This document shows positions 9,293 through 19,224 of a stretch of DNA of 64,000 bases, one piece after another; position 1 is the first letter of the stretch, and every line of letters begins with the position of its first letter. The translations under genes were made by a program, and so were the position numbers. The notes beneath the pieces are model-generated. The model searched no databases, was not told the origin of the DNA, and saw only the letters and a program-made list of their open reading frames with translations. Source of the DNA: Acinetobacter phage Ab1-TPeters; the sequence record PP763253.1; one strand, given 5' to 3'.

Positions 9293-9606
9293 ACAAAGAA
9301 ATAACAGTAGACTTAAGAGTTGATGAAATTGATTCTTTCGGCAGCATCACTTCTCGTTTAGGTCAAACAGTAATTCAGTCAACACATCGCATAGCTAAGC
9401 TATATGGATCTAAATTCAGTGACGAAATGAATGATCTGAAGAAGCTCTACACTGACCATGCTTGTGATCTAGCTAAAGAGATTATTAAAGGAACTGGAAA
9501 TACTATCACTGTGATGGTTACTGAATCAACAGTTGACAGTTTCAATAAAGTTCTTAAATCAACTAGTCGTGGTATCTTAATAACTAATGAGGTCAAAAAG
9601 AAATGA
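9289..9606 (+). CDS. hypothetical protein
   Basis: 105 aa, ATGA overlap. Confidence 0.3.
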   Translation: MNKEITVDLRVDEIDSFGSITSRLGQTVIQSTHRIAKLYGSKFSDEMNDLKKLYTDHACDLAKEIIKGTGNTITVMVTESTVDSFNKVLKSTSRGILITNEVKKK

Positions 9607-10163
9607 CTGAGATCAAGGGACAACCTACGCTGTCACCTAAAGGTAGTAATATCAATGAAGCCGCAGTAAAGTCTGTTATTAAAGCAGTTGAGAAAAGTTT
9701 ATATGAATCAACTTTAGTTGGCGACTTTAGTCACAAGCCTTTTAATCCAATGGACTTAAAAACTAACTTAGGTCTTCAAGGTCAATACGTTCTTGAAGAA
9801 AACTCCTATGATCCTGTTTCTGGCTTATTAAAAATAGATTTCAAAGGTAAGCCTACAGCTGATGATTTAATAACTTTAGCTAAAGCTGGAATTATCGACA
9901 GCTCTAACGCACTATCTCAATTCAAGCAGTTATTGCCTAAGCAAGTAGGTTTGTCTTTCTCAATTGAGGCTAAAGGTGAAGTTACTGAAGATGAGAACGG
10001 AAGTACTGTATTCTTGAATAAGGGAGCTGAGCCTCAGGACTTCTTTAACGACTTAGAGACGACTAAGAAATTTAAGTCTATTCTAGATCGATGGAATAAT
10101 GGAATGCCAGTAACTAAAAAGGAATTTGACGATCTTTATAAATCGTATAAGGAAGAATTCTAA
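9603..10163 (+). CDS. hypothetical protein
   Basis: 186 aa, ATGA overlap. Confidence 0.35.
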   Translation: MTEIKGQPTLSPKGSNINEAAVKSVIKAVEKSLYESTLVGDFSHKPFNPMDLKTNLGLQGQYVLEENSYDPVSGLLKIDFKGKPTADDLITLAKAGIIDSSNALSQFKQLLPKQVGLSFSIEAKGEVTEDENGSTVFLNKGAEPQDFFNDLETTKKFKSILDRWNNGMPVTKKEFDDLYKSYKEEF

Positions 10164-10852
10164 TGACTATCGAATTAGATGTATTTAATTTAGTAGACAG
10201 TGGAGCTGCATTTAAGAACACAATTGACACTTCAGTTTCTGATTCAGCTGTATCAAATATGAAGAGTGGCTTTGATAACTTACTGCAAGATCCAGTTAAG
10301 ATGGCTAAGTTAGAAGAAGCTGGTATTACTGACGTTGATCTACGTGAGTACCAAGATAAACTAAGTGGTGTTCAAGAAGTTGCTAATAAGTTAAACAGTC
10401 ACGTTGGAGAAAGCCTCAGTCAGATTAATTCAAAGCTAAGTCTGGCTAGTTCATATACTAACATCATGAAACGACTTGGATCACCAGTGGCTGGTTGCGA
10501 TGCTTCATCTAGTTTGTTGGGTTCAATAATGGGAGGTGGTGGAGCTTTCCTCAGTTCTCTAGCTGACCAAGCTGCTGGATTTATGTCACTTATTGAAGGC
10601 GGTATAGATAACGTTCAAGAATGGGTAGGTAAGTTTAATGGCCTAGTCTCTTCAATTATGGCAATTCCTAGTCAGATTGAAGATATGATTAATGCTGAAA
10701 TCCAGGCGATGAGAGACATGCTTAATAAGTGTGTAGCTGCTGGTTTAGCTTTCGGTTTAGGGTCACTGTTAGGTGACGATTGTGCTGCAGCTGTGTTAGA
10801 ATCAGTTGCTACTCCAGAAATGGGTGAATTAATGGGAAAATTTAAATTATGA
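10163..10852 (+). CDS. hypothetical protein (Gly/Ala-rich C-terminal half)
   Basis: 229 aa. Confidence 0.35.
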   Translation: MTIELDVFNLVDSGAAFKNTIDTSVSDSAVSNMKSGFDNLLQDPVKMAKLEEAGITDVDLREYQDKLSGVQEVANKLNSHVGESLSQINSKLSLASSYTNIMKRLGSPVAGCDASSSLLGSIMGGGGAFLSSLADQAAGFMSLIEGGIDNVQEWVGKFNGLVSSIMAIPSQIEDMINAEIQAMRDMLNKCVAAGLAFGLGSLLGDDCAAAVLESVATPEMGELMGKFKL

Positions 10853-11091
10853 AAAATCAAAAAGGTTCAAGCTGGTTAGAAGTTATTATCGGTTTAGTTT
10901 TTATTTGTATTATTCTTTTAGCTGGCAAAGTCTTTGGTTACGTAGGTTGCCAGAGCTATTCATCTAATACAGATCGATCAGTTAAATATAGTCTTCTTTC
11001 AGGTTGCTATGTAAAGACTCAACAGGGATGGATACCTAAAGATGAAATCGGTGAACGAGTAATGTCAGAGAGCGTGCCTAAAGATGACTAA
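10849..11091 (+). CDS. hypothetical membrane protein
   Basis: 80 aa, N-terminal TM helix. Confidence 0.3.
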   Translation: MKNQKGSSWLEVIIGLVFICIILLAGKVFGYVGCQSYSSNTDRSVKYSLLSGCYVKTQQGWIPKDEIGERVMSESVPKDD

Positions 11092-11203
11092 AGAATATGA
11101 ATGTCGTGATTGCGAATACGTTTCTGATGAGTACGAACTATTAGATCCTGATCAACCAGAGTGTCCTGAGTGTGGATCTGCAGATGTAGAAGAGATAGGG
11201 TAA
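11084..11203 (+). CDS. small zinc-ribbon protein (39 aa)
   Basis: Not in ORF track; MTKEYECRDCEYVSDEYELLDPDQPECPECGSADVEEIG with CxxC...CxxC. Confidence 0.35.
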   Translation: MTKEYECRDCEYVSDEYELLDPDQPECPECGSADVEEIG

Positions 11204-11247
11204 GCTGTCTCTTAACCAGGTTAAAAACCTGTTAAGTTGTACAGGGG
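11204..11247 (+). promoter_or_regulatory. conserved intergenic element copy
   Basis: GCTGTCTCTTAACC...AAAAACCTGTTAAGTTGTACAGGGG. Confidence 0.4.
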
Positions 11248-11300
11248 AGTTGCCCTTTTTATCTAAGGAGACTTCGGTCTCCTTTTTCATTGGAATCATC

Positions 11301-11588
11301 ATGACTAACCAAAATTTATTAAACCTTCAAATTCTTCTAGAGTCTAAGCGTGAGTTGGAATCACATCTTCTAGTTTCTGGGTGGAAGCAAGAACTGGATG
11401 AGCTCCATTTCTATACTCACAAAGATCACCCCCAGTTTGTTGTTCAAATCATTACTGATGCAGTAAATTTATCTTGCAGCTTAGCTCTATTTAACGGAAC
11501 TGAAAAAGTTTCAACTTGCCTGTCAATTCATAAATTAAATTTAGATATCAAGGAGTATTCAAAATGGCTAACTACACAATCGGCTTAA
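11301..11588 (+). CDS. hypothetical protein
   Basis: Start moved from 11250 to ATG 11301 because 11250-11290 holds a promoter-like motif plus hairpin/U-tract. Confidence 0.3.
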   Translation: MTNQNLLNLQILLESKRELESHLLVSGWKQELDELHFYTHKDHPQFVVQIITDAVNLSCSLALFNGTEKVSTCLSIHKLNLDIKEYSKWLTTQSA

Positions 11589-11776
11589 TCGGTTCAGGAT
11601 TACTGTTGTCTTCTAAGAATGTGGAGTCTGAACCAGAATTCACTAAAGTTCTGGATGATGTGTTCTATTTTCACACACGTGAAGCTGCGGAAGAATTGAT
11701 GGAAGCAATTAACTTAGATAATATGCTGGAATTGATTACACTAAATGAGGAAGTAACGCAGGAAGAGATATTATGA
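11564..11776 (+). CDS. hypothetical protein
   Basis: 70 aa ORF. Confidence 0.3.
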   Translation: MANYTIGLIGSGLLLSSKNVESEPEFTKVLDDVFYFHTREAAEELMEAINLDNMLELITLNEEVTQEEIL

Positions 11777-12372
11777 AGTCCGAAATAAAATATAGCATTG
11801 ATGCTAAAATGATAGCTAATTTCCCAGCTGACCATAAGATCTGGTTTAATAGAGCTTACTACTCTGCAGTATTTGAATCAGCGATAGCTCAATTAGGTGA
11901 TATGTTAATAAACAATCCAGACTCTTTTGTAATAAATAAGTTTTTGAATAACTTATGTGACTGGGTTAAGCAAGATAAGTCTACCAACAACCTAACTAAT
12001 TTTCCAGGCGGAGGTTATTCTCCACTGTCTAGGTATGGTCAATCTTCAGATGTGTTTAATTTTTGTGTTTTAGAGAATGTCTGCAAAGAGTGGCGAGGAA
12101 TAGTCGTTAATGAAGTTCTTTGTGTTCCTGTAATAAATACTAATAATCTAAATTTATCTGAGAAGATTATTTCTGAACTCACCCTTAATTCAAATAAGTT
12201 CAAGGATAGCAAGATAGCTGAATTAAAGGCTAAATACCCAGATAAGAAAGATATACTTCCTAATCTTAGAACTGGTATAGTAGTTCTCTCAGACCTTAAT
12301 GTTAGTGTGTTACTAGCTAACTTGGATAAATTTAAAATGTCTGGATTAAGTAATGATACGAATTTTAAATAG
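11773..12372 (+). CDS. hypothetical protein
   Basis: 199 aa ORF. Confidence 0.35.
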   Translation: MKSEIKYSIDAKMIANFPADHKIWFNRAYYSAVFESAIAQLGDMLINNPDSFVINKFLNNLCDWVKQDKSTNNLTNFPGGGYSPLSRYGQSSDVFNFCVLENVCKEWRGIVVNEVLCVPVINTNNLNLSEKIISELTLNSNKFKDSKIAELKAKYPDKKDILPNLRTGIVVLSDLNVSVLLANLDKFKMSGLSNDTNFK

Positions 12373-12694
12373 AAGACGAAAAGATCCTGAACTTCCTGGC
12401 CTTACTGTTTACATAGGTAGGCCAAGTAAGTGGGGTAATCCTTATTCACATAAGCCTGAGACTCTTGCTGAAATCAAAGTGAAATCAAGAGAAGAGGCAG
12501 TAAGGTTATATGAGGCTCACTTCGAGGAATTACTTAAGAATCCTGACATAAGAAGAGACTTCGATAATCTGGCTGAGCAAGCTAGACATGGCCACTTGAA
12601 TCTCGAATGCTGGTGTTATCCAGCTCAATGCCACGGTGAAGTAATTAAGCAGAAGATAGAAAGTATCTTAATATCTGAGCGCAGAGGAGGTTGA
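12353..12694 (+). CDS. DUF4326-like protein
   Basis: GRPSKWGNPY motif and C-terminal CWCYPAQCHGEV cysteine/histidine cluster typical of DUF4326. Confidence 0.4.
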   Translation: MIRILNRRRKDPELPGLTVYIGRPSKWGNPYSHKPETLAEIKVKSREEAVRLYEAHFEELLKNPDIRRDFDNLAEQARHGHLNLECWCYPAQCHGEVIKQKIESILISERRGG

Positions 12695-12710
12695 AAATAT
12701 TTTCAACTTT

Positions 12711-12753
12711 CCTGTTTCTTAACCAATCTCAAAGCCAGTTAAATTGTCGGGGG
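12711..12753 (+). promoter_or_regulatory. conserved bipartite intergenic element copy
   Basis: CCTGTTTCTTAACCA...AAAGCCAGTTAAATTGTCGGGGG followed by GCAGTTCCCGCTG hairpin. Confidence 0.45.
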
Positions 12754-12784
12754 CAGTTCCCGCTGTCTAATCTGGAGCTATCTT

Positions 12785-13126
12785 ATGAACGTATTCGTTG
12801 CACGCACTAATATCCTAATACACGCTGATATCGGTTCACTTTCTTCAAAGTCTGAAGTGGTTTTCAGTCCTTCTAAAGTTTTTAATTTAAGCGAAGGTGA
12901 ATACTATGAGGTGATCATCAAGGAGAGTGCTAAATCTAAACGTCACTGGGATTTATTCCTGGAAGGTTCTGATGGTAAGATAGGTGAATACGTTGGAGTA
13001 ATTCGTCTTCCTAAAGGAGAATCAGTTAAGGGTGTTAACTTCACACACTCTAAGTTGAAGCGAATTGAAGGAAACAAAATCAGACTAGACTTCCACATGG
13101 AGAATTACTGGTCTGACGAAGAATAA
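12785..13126 (+). CDS. hypothetical protein
   Basis: 113 aa downstream of conserved intergenic element. Confidence 0.3.
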   Translation: MNVFVARTNILIHADIGSLSSKSEVVFSPSKVFNLSEGEYYEVIIKESAKSKRHWDLFLEGSDGKIGEYVGVIRLPKGESVKGVNFTHSKLKRIEGNKIRLDFHMENYWSDEE

Positions 13127-13127
13127 T

Positions 13128-13168
13128 CCTGTTTCTTAACAATCCTTAGAACCTGTTAAATTGTCGGG
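13128..13168 (+). promoter_or_regulatory. conserved bipartite intergenic element (CCTGTTTCTTAAC-N9-GAACCTGTTAAATTGTCGGG)
   Basis: Best consensus copy of an element repeated at least 10 times upstream of + strand genes. Confidence 0.5.
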
Positions 13169-13218
13169 CTGAAACGTCTCGGTTCTATCACGTAACCAAC
13201 CAATAGATAGGTACAATT

Positions 13219-13587
13219 ATGCATCAGTTTAATATTACTAAATTCCCTATGACTTCAGAGCTTCTTGAACGTGAGAAAGCTCCTAAGATTGCTGACATCT
13301 TACAAAACTTGCTGGCTGATTTGCAAGTTGAAGCTGAAGTCGATCTTCGAACTGATTACTCTGGTCGATTTATGTACGGCTCAACTTGTTTAGGTTTAGT
13401 TGGAATGCCAGCTGATCTTGAAAATGTTATCAATTCCTTCCTTATGTTTATCACATTAGATCTTGCTGATTCAGATCCAGACTGGCTTCAGAACTTGATA
13501 ACTATGATTAACAGTCGTTGCATAGATGACATGGGTAAGGGTAAGATCTATTACTGGCCTATGTTCTCTAACGAATCTACATATTAA
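13219..13587 (+). CDS. hypothetical protein
   Basis: 122 aa downstream of conserved intergenic element. Confidence 0.3.
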   Translation: MHQFNITKFPMTSELLEREKAPKIADILQNLLADLQVEAEVDLRTDYSGRFMYGSTCLGLVGMPADLENVINSFLMFITLDLADSDPDWLQNLITMINSRCIDDMGKGKIYYWPMFSNESTY

Positions 13588-13658
13588 TTAAAATCTTGTT
13601 GAGAGAAGTTGCTAGCTTCTCTCACATCCTCAACAATCAATAGATAGGATATATTAAA

Positions 13659-14018
13659 ATGCGTCACTTCGTTCTTCAATGGAAACATACTCGTCAATTC
13701 GAATTCGTTCAGGGGGATAGCTGGAAGGATGCCTTCGAAGGTAACTTTCATCCTAAGGCAATGGCTAATGTCTTCAACTACGAAGAACTTTACCCTCACT
13801 TCATGCTACCTAAAATCCCAGAGGGAGTTGTACCTTTAACTATTCTGTTCTCTGAATCAGGTCATGGCTTGATGATTAGAATGGTACGTGGGTCAGTTAC
13901 TCCTGAGCTAAGATCTGCTTTAATCTCTAAAAAGCTGTATAAAGATAGATCATACATGGAGAAAGCTGTGTATAAAGCTTTCAATGAGCTGTATAACTCG
14001 GGAGTGTCTAATGTCTAA
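13659..14018 (+). CDS. hypothetical protein
   Basis: 119 aa ORF. Confidence 0.3.
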   Translation: MRHFVLQWKHTRQFEFVQGDSWKDAFEGNFHPKAMANVFNYEELYPHFMLPKIPEGVVPLTILFSESGHGLMIRMVRGSVTPELRSALISKKLYKDRSYMEKAVYKAFNELYNSGVSNV

Positions 14019-14421
14019 ACCACTATTAGTTCAAGGAAGCTACGTAAAACTACGTGCTGGATCAGTAGCTGAAGTTATTTCGGTTCTGAAGTCTAAGGGT
14101 TATATTTACGCTCCTGTAAGTAATTGTCGTTACTTGGCAACGATTTTCTCGATAACTCTTCGTGATTTGCTTAGTAATGGTGAGTTCAGGGAGGTTACTC
14201 TGAACTATGTCAAGAAAGAGCCTAATTTATATCTTCAATACGAAAACAGCAGAGAGCTTAGCAAGTCTGGCAGTAATATAGTCGATGTAATTTCCAAAGA
14301 GGATTACATTAAAATTACTCTGGATAGTTTACAAAAGATATACGACACTAATCGGAATAAAATAGCTGACATGAAGGCTCAACAGAAATCAATTAAATCT
14401 TTAATGGAGACTTTAGCATGA
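13984..14421 (+). CDS. hypothetical protein
   Basis: 145 aa ORF. Confidence 0.3.
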   Translation: MSCITRECLMSKPLLVQGSYVKLRAGSVAEVISVLKSKGYIYAPVSNCRYLATIFSITLRDLLSNGEFREVTLNYVKKEPNLYLQYENSRELSKSGSNIVDVISKEDYIKITLDSLQKIYDTNRNKIADMKAQQKSIKSLMETLA

Positions 14422-14669
14422 AAGAATTACTGTCAGGTTACCCTGTAGGTCAGATAGTTTGTATTAGCTCTGAGCGAGTTATTAATCCAGTTTCTATTCC
14501 ACTAGAGGAAGCTGAAAAGCTAGTTGCTGATTACACTGCTGGTTTAGATATTCACTCAGAACGAGCTCGTCGTGAATTTGGTGATAACTTCACTCCAGAA
14601 CAGCGACTAATTGCTAAACGTAAAAACTTCTTGAGCTTCTATAGCTCATCATTACCTAAAAACAAATAA
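14418..14669 (+). CDS. hypothetical protein
   Basis: 83 aa ORF, ATGA overlap. Confidence 0.3.
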   Translation: MKELLSGYPVGQIVCISSERVINPVSIPLEEAEKLVADYTAGLDIHSERARREFGDNFTPEQRLIAKRKNFLSFYSSSLPKNK

Positions 14670-14681
14670 GAGAGAACTTCT

Positions 14682-15143
14682 ATGAAACTTAATTTTAATA
14701 AAGGCAACAATGAGGCTTCAGTTGCTAAGTGGAATAACATCGTTGTATTATTAACTTCTGGGGAAACTGGCGAACAAGAAGTTATGTTCACTGGTGTATC
14801 TAAATCTGGTAAGGCTTTGTTTGCTAAATTGGCAGATGGAGTTAAAGTCAATGCTCCTGAGGGAGTTCGCTCAACTGGGTCAATGTGCTGTGAGTACGGT
14901 CATGGTTTAGATGAGAACAACATTGAATATGACTTTACTCCTGGTTTAATGCACCGTTACTTATACATTTCCAGATACGAGCCTAGCTTCCCTCAGTTTA
15001 CTACCCCAGCTATTGGTGGGATCTACTACTTGACTCAGTACAAAGGTGACTGGAAAGTTGCTGGTGTAGATGACCCTAGCTTGTTGAATGACTTCCTTCA
15101 CTTAAACACAACTTACCAATCTCTGGAGAAGTCAAATGGCTAA
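14682..15143 (+). CDS. hypothetical protein
   Basis: 153 aa ORF. Confidence 0.3.
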   Translation: MKLNFNKGNNEASVAKWNNIVVLLTSGETGEQEVMFTGVSKSGKALFAKLADGVKVNAPEGVRSTGSMCCEYGHGLDENNIEYDFTPGLMHRYLYISRYEPSFPQFTTPAIGGIYYLTQYKGDWKVAGVDDPSLLNDFLHLNTTYQSLEKSNG

Positions 15144-15507
15144 TGTAAGAATTCGTCACGTACGTCCAGGCAAAACAGTTTACGTAGCTTCTCCTTATTA
15201 CGATGGCTTAGAGAAGTGGGTTCTTCAGTCTGGCCCAGTTGATACAATTGTAGGCTCAAAGGACTTCGTAAATGTAAAGGCAACTTGCCTTAAGTCTGGA
15301 TATGAACTTAAATTTATGAGTCAGCGTTCCCTTAAAGATGCTGGGATTATTCCTAATAACTATAACGGAGCACGTTCGTTTACTAAATTAAGCGAAGCTA
15401 AGCGCTGGTTAAAACAGGCACATAAGGATCCTAGTCTTATTGACATTCTTAATCCTAAAGAAGACTCTGATTTTATTGATATGGATTGGGGTGATTATTG
15501 GGAATGA
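15136..15507 (+). CDS. hypothetical protein
   Basis: 123 aa ORF. Confidence 0.3.
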   Translation: MANVRIRHVRPGKTVYVASPYYDGLEKWVLQSGPVDTIVGSKDFVNVKATCLKSGYELKFMSQRSLKDAGIIPNNYNGARSFTKLSEAKRWLKQAHKDPSLIDILNPKEDSDFIDMDWGDYWE

Positions 15508-15508
15508 T

Positions 15509-15548
15509 CCTGTTTGTTAAACATTGTTCAAACCTGTTAAGGTAAGGG
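15509..15548 (+). promoter_or_regulatory. conserved intergenic element copy
   Basis: CCTGTTTGTTAAACATTG...AAACCTGTTAAGGTAAGGG. Confidence 0.4.
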
Positions 15549-15584
15549 CGTCTGTCTTTACTTTAACAAACTGAGATTTACATT

Positions 15585-15779
15585 ATGCTAAAAATTCTTG
15601 TATTAATCGTTGGGTTCGCTATTCTCTTGACTTTAGGTTTCCTTATCAACAAACGTCAAAAAGCCTACGAAGCTAAATTGAGAGAAGAAGCTAAACAACG
15701 TCGCTTGAAGTCTTTACGTGATCGTCAATTAAGCAAACGTGAACTAGCTGCTATTGAATATAATCTGGAGTGTGACTGA
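15585..15779 (+). CDS. small membrane protein
   Basis: 64 aa, N-terminal TM helix then charged helix. Confidence 0.3.
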   Translation: MLKILVLIVGFAILLTLGFLINKRQKAYEAKLREEAKQRRLKSLRDRQLSKRELAAIEYNLECD

Positions 15780-15949
15780 TGATCACTCTTAAGTTCTTTC
15801 TTGAATCAATTGTAATAGCTGCTATAGCTTGCTTGTTCATGATCGCAATGATAAAGGCTAGTGATCGTGAATTCAGACTCAAACTGGAACATGAATGTAG
15901 TTCAGGTGACTTATATTCATGTTCTGAATTAAATAAAATTCCGGAGTAA
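15779..15949 (+). CDS. small membrane protein (56 aa)
   Basis: Not in ORF track; MITLKFFLESIVIAAIACLFMIAMIK..., start overlaps upstream stop (TGATG). Confidence 0.25.
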   Translation: MITLKFFLESIVIAAIACLFMIAMIKASDREFRLKLEHECSSGDLYSCSELNKIPE

Positions 15950-16048
15950 TATTGTGAGTAAACAAGTTGACAAACGAATTGCAGTTATTGCTGAGCGCTT
16001 AATGGTTATTAAGCTTCGTCGTAATTTAGAAAGAAAGAAGGTGAAGAA

Positions 16049-16303
16049 GTGAGATCTATGTATCATGGATGGAGAACTGATTTGATTCTACTTAGATTCA
16101 AAGAGCTTCACCCTAAACGTAAAGCACTCAAGATGAAGATAAAGGCACGTGGCTTACCTGAGTCTATGGAACTGTGCCGATTGACTATGTGTATTATTGA
16201 AATGAGATCTGTCCTCAAATATCGTGGAGTCACTAATATTAAAGAAGCACTTCGAGATCCAGCTAATTTAGTCTGGAGTTGCCCAGTTAAGGAAGTTAGG
16301 TAA
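16049..16303 (+). CDS. hypothetical protein
   Basis: 84 aa ORF. Confidence 0.3.
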   Translation: MRSMYHGWRTDLILLRFKELHPKRKALKMKIKARGLPESMELCRLTMCIIEMRSVLKYRGVTNIKEALRDPANLVWSCPVKEVR

Positions 16304-16536
16304 TGCCTATTTCAGTTCGAATTTACAATAACGGTGACACAATTATCAACGTTGTTCACCCAGACCACATTGCTGACCACATTGAATACAATTGTGATTT
16401 CAGATGGGGATGTGCACTGGTAGTTGATGGTGAGATCAAGAATAAAGGATATCTGGATGAGTCTCGAATTATGGAGATTTATAATTCAGCAAAACTACCT
16501 GACCCAACTAAATTCACACCAATACCTTACCGCTAG
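16303..16536 (+). CDS. hypothetical protein
   Basis: 77 aa, ATGA-type overlap. Confidence 0.3.
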   Translation: MPISVRIYNNGDTIINVVHPDHIADHIEYNCDFRWGCALVVDGEIKNKGYLDESRIMEIYNSAKLPDPTKFTPIPYR

Positions 16537-16546
16537 AATCTCTAAA

Positions 16547-16586
16547 CTCCCCTCAAGAGCTGTTTACTTTTGAGGGGAGTTTTTAT
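16547..16586 (+). terminator. rho-independent terminator
   Basis: CTCCCCTCAA...TTGAGGGGAG stem followed by TTTTTATTT. Confidence 0.5.
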
Positions 16587-16608
16587 TTACCCAACAATCG
16601 AGGATATT

Positions 16609-16899
16609 ATGAAGAAATACATTATGTCAGTGGAGGTGCCGTCAGTTCTTGACTCACCTTTAATTCAATTTAATACAATGCTAAATGACAAGACTCATCG
16701 TGAGGCTTTTAAGCTAGTTATCAAACAAGAAGCTCTTTCACCTAACTATCTGGATAAGTTGAATAATTCTGAGGTTCGTGAACGAGTTGCTAAGGTAATT
16801 GCCAAGTCAATAGATAAATTTGTTGAGTCAGGTTCAGTTCTTACTTCAAAGACTAATCGAACACCTTCAGTTAGAATTTCAGTAAAACCTGTTCCTTAA
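16609..16899 (+). CDS. hypothetical protein
   Basis: Start moved from 16570 (inside terminator hairpin) to ATG 16609, MKKYIMSVEV. Confidence 0.3.
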   Translation: MKKYIMSVEVPSVLDSPLIQFNTMLNDKTHREAFKLVIKQEALSPNYLDKLNNSEVRERVAKVIAKSIDKFVESGSVLTSKTNRTPSVRISVKPVP

Positions 16900-16954
16900 C
16901 ATTGGATAAAGCCTGTTTAAAATGATAGGGGAAAGCCCCGCAGGAGTATAAATC

Positions 16955-17260
16955 ATGTATAAAACAGCTTTAATCGCGACTATTTGCCTCTTAGCGGCAG
17001 GGAAACCTTCCGCTTTAATTTGGGAATATAATACCTCAAATGAGCGTGAAATGGTCATAAAACGTACAGTTCAGAAGGATTTACGCTTACCTTACGATGA
17101 ACGTCATAAAGTTGCGAGATATGATGCTTCAGTATATTATAAGTGTGAGTCTGGAATTGCTATGAAATACAATGTTAAGACAGGTGAAGTCGTTGAGATC
17201 AAGTCAGGTTGTTATCTAGATGTACCTGAGGGTAAATCTAGATTGCCTCGATTCCTATAA
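16955..17260 (+). CDS. hypothetical secreted protein
   Basis: 101 aa with N-terminal signal-peptide-like segment. Confidence 0.3.
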   Translation: MYKTALIATICLLAAGKPSALIWEYNTSNEREMVIKRTVQKDLRLPYDERHKVARYDASVYYKCESGIAMKYNVKTGEVVEIKSGCYLDVPEGKSRLPRFL

Positions 17261-17375
17261 ACCAACCAATCGAAAACTCGAAATTGACTCCAAACGCTGT
17301 TTAAGTGCCGGCAGGGGGCAGGATTTCAGAGAGTTTAATGAGTGGAGTTAATAAGTAATTTATTAATTTAATTAA

Positions 17376-19217
17376 GTGAGAAGTGAAGTGATTGAATTAG
17401 AAAATAAGGTAGTTGAAGCAAGTAAGGCTTACTATTCAGGTAATCCTATAATGAGTGACTCAGCATTTGATGAAATGATTGATGAGTTACGTAAAGTACA
17501 TCCTGAGTCAGAGTTGTTAAATACAGTTGGCTGGGGAGGTGAAGTAAATGAATCTCACTTAGAGAAATTCCCTCATTCTACTTTCATTGGTGGACTTCCT
17601 GAAATTAAGATTCACAATATTGAATCATTACCAGAATCTGAATTCTATGTTGAGTCAGATAAACTGGATGGAATTACAGGTGTAGCTTACTATGAAAACG
17701 GTGAACTAGTTCGAGTTCTTACTCGATTTGATGGTAAAGAAGGACTTGATATAACTAAGAACTTAGAGTATGCTAATATTCCTAAATCAGTTCCTGTAGG
17801 AATCAAATCAGTTCGAGGTGAAGTTCTTATTACCAGAAAGGATTTTGATGAAGTCTTATCTGAGCATTATTCGAATGAGCGTAACGCTGTAGCTGGAATG
17901 TGTAATCAGAAGAATCTAAGTGATGAACTTAAGAAATATATTAAGTTTGTTGCATATGATATTCCTGAATCAGAAGATTTACCTCACTTGAAATCTAAGT
18001 GGGATAAGCTACGTATGATTGAAGCATGTAAATTTAACCCAGTAAACTATACAGTTCACCTATCTAGAGACTCAGTAATTCAGAGTTTAAAAGAATTCAA
18101 TCCCTACGAGAGATCAATTGAATTTCTTCTTGATGGCGCAGTTGTAGATATCCAGTCTGAAAATAAAACTGTCAAGGTAAAGTACCCAGCTGTAATAAAA
18201 GAAGTTGAAGTAGTCTGTGTAATCTGGCAGCAATCAAAACACGGTAAACTTATTCCAGTAATTCAGACTAAACCAATTGAACTTGACGGAGCAATGGTTA
18301 CTCGGTTTAGTGGATTCAATGCTAAGGCCATTAGCGATAACGGAATTGGAGCTGGAGCAATAATTAAAGTTTGTAGATCAAACATGGTTATTCCTCACTG
18401 GCATTCAACAGTAAAATCAACTCAACCAGATTTACCTGAAGAGGTATATGGTGAAAAGGTTTATTGGGATGGTGTTCATCTAGCTGTGTCAGTGGATGTA
18501 AAGAAACCTTTCCTACATAACTTACTAGCAGTGAATAAGGTTGACGGAATAGGCTGGACTGCAATCACAGAAGCAGTTTCAGTTCTAGGAATTCAAGATG
18601 CATCTCAACTGGTTAACATTTCTAGATTGATCAAAGAGCATAAACCCACAGCTAACTTGATTGTCGGAACTAAGAATCTCTTAGATCACTTCGGGGACAG
18701 TGTTCGTTACCATAAGTTAATTCAAACTTTAGAGAACATCACTAGCCGGACTTACACAATTGCGGATTTGATCGAAATGATGAATCTGAAAGGTGTAGGT
18801 GGAACTGCAGCTCATACTATTGGTCGTGAGGTAAGTCATGGTGAATTCCTATGGATGCTAAGTGATGGAGCTCTTTCAGAAGATCTGGCTAAGAAGTTAC
18901 CTAATTACGTAGCTTGTAATTCTATTATTGAGAATAGATCATATATTCTTGAAATTCTAGAATTAGATCTTGAGATTGTAGACTACGTAGTTGAAGAGCC
19001 TAAAGAAGGATTGAAGGTATGTGCAACTGGGTCACTTTCAATGACTAGAAGCAAGTTGTTTAATGAATGGGCTAAACACGGAGTAATTGAGACAGATGCT
19101 GGAAAAGCTGACGTTTTAGTTTGTTCAGGTGAGGGCTCATCTAAGTGGAAAACTGCTAAGAAACGTGGTATTCCTATTTTAACTGAAGAAGAGTTCGTCT
19201 CTCAATATCTCAAGTGA
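17376..19217 (+). CDS. ligA: NAD-dependent DNA ligase
   Basis: 613 aa; adenylation motif ESDKLDG; N-terminal Ia-like domain (YY..NPIMSDSAFDEMIDEL); C-terminal BRCT-like segment. Confidence 0.85.
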   Translation: MRSEVIELENKVVEASKAYYSGNPIMSDSAFDEMIDELRKVHPESELLNTVGWGGEVNESHLEKFPHSTFIGGLPEIKIHNIESLPESEFYVESDKLDGITGVAYYENGELVRVLTRFDGKEGLDITKNLEYANIPKSVPVGIKSVRGEVLITRKDFDEVLSEHYSNERNAVAGMCNQKNLSDELKKYIKFVAYDIPESEDLPHLKSKWDKLRMIEACKFNPVNYTVHLSRDSVIQSLKEFNPYERSIEFLLDGAVVDIQSENKTVKVKYPAVIKEVEVVCVIWQQSKHGKLIPVIQTKPIELDGAMVTRFSGFNAKAISDNGIGAGAIIKVCRSNMVIPHWHSTVKSTQPDLPEEVYGEKVYWDGVHLAVSVDVKKPFLHNLLAVNKVDGIGWTAITEAVSVLGIQDASQLVNISRLIKEHKPTANLIVGTKNLLDHFGDSVRYHKLIQTLENITSRTYTIADLIEMMNLKGVGGTAAHTIGREVSHGEFLWMLSDGALSEDLAKKLPNYVACNSIIENRSYILEILELDLEIVDYVVEEPKEGLKVCATGSLSMTRSKLFNEWAKHGVIETDAGKADVLVCSGEGSSKWKTAKKRGIPILTEEEFVSQYLK

Positions 19218-19224
19218 GGTAACT

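Noticed and set aside
11250-11300. ORF-track start at 11250 for gene 11250..11588
   Set aside because: The first 50 nt comprise a copy of the conserved intergenic element plus a GGAGAC-TTCG-GTCTCC hairpin with a U-tract. The in-frame ATG at 11301 is the more plausible start.
16570-16608. ORF-track start at 16570
   Set aside because: It lies inside a terminator hairpin/U-tract (16547-16586). The in-frame ATG at 16609 with an upstream GAGG RBS is preferred.
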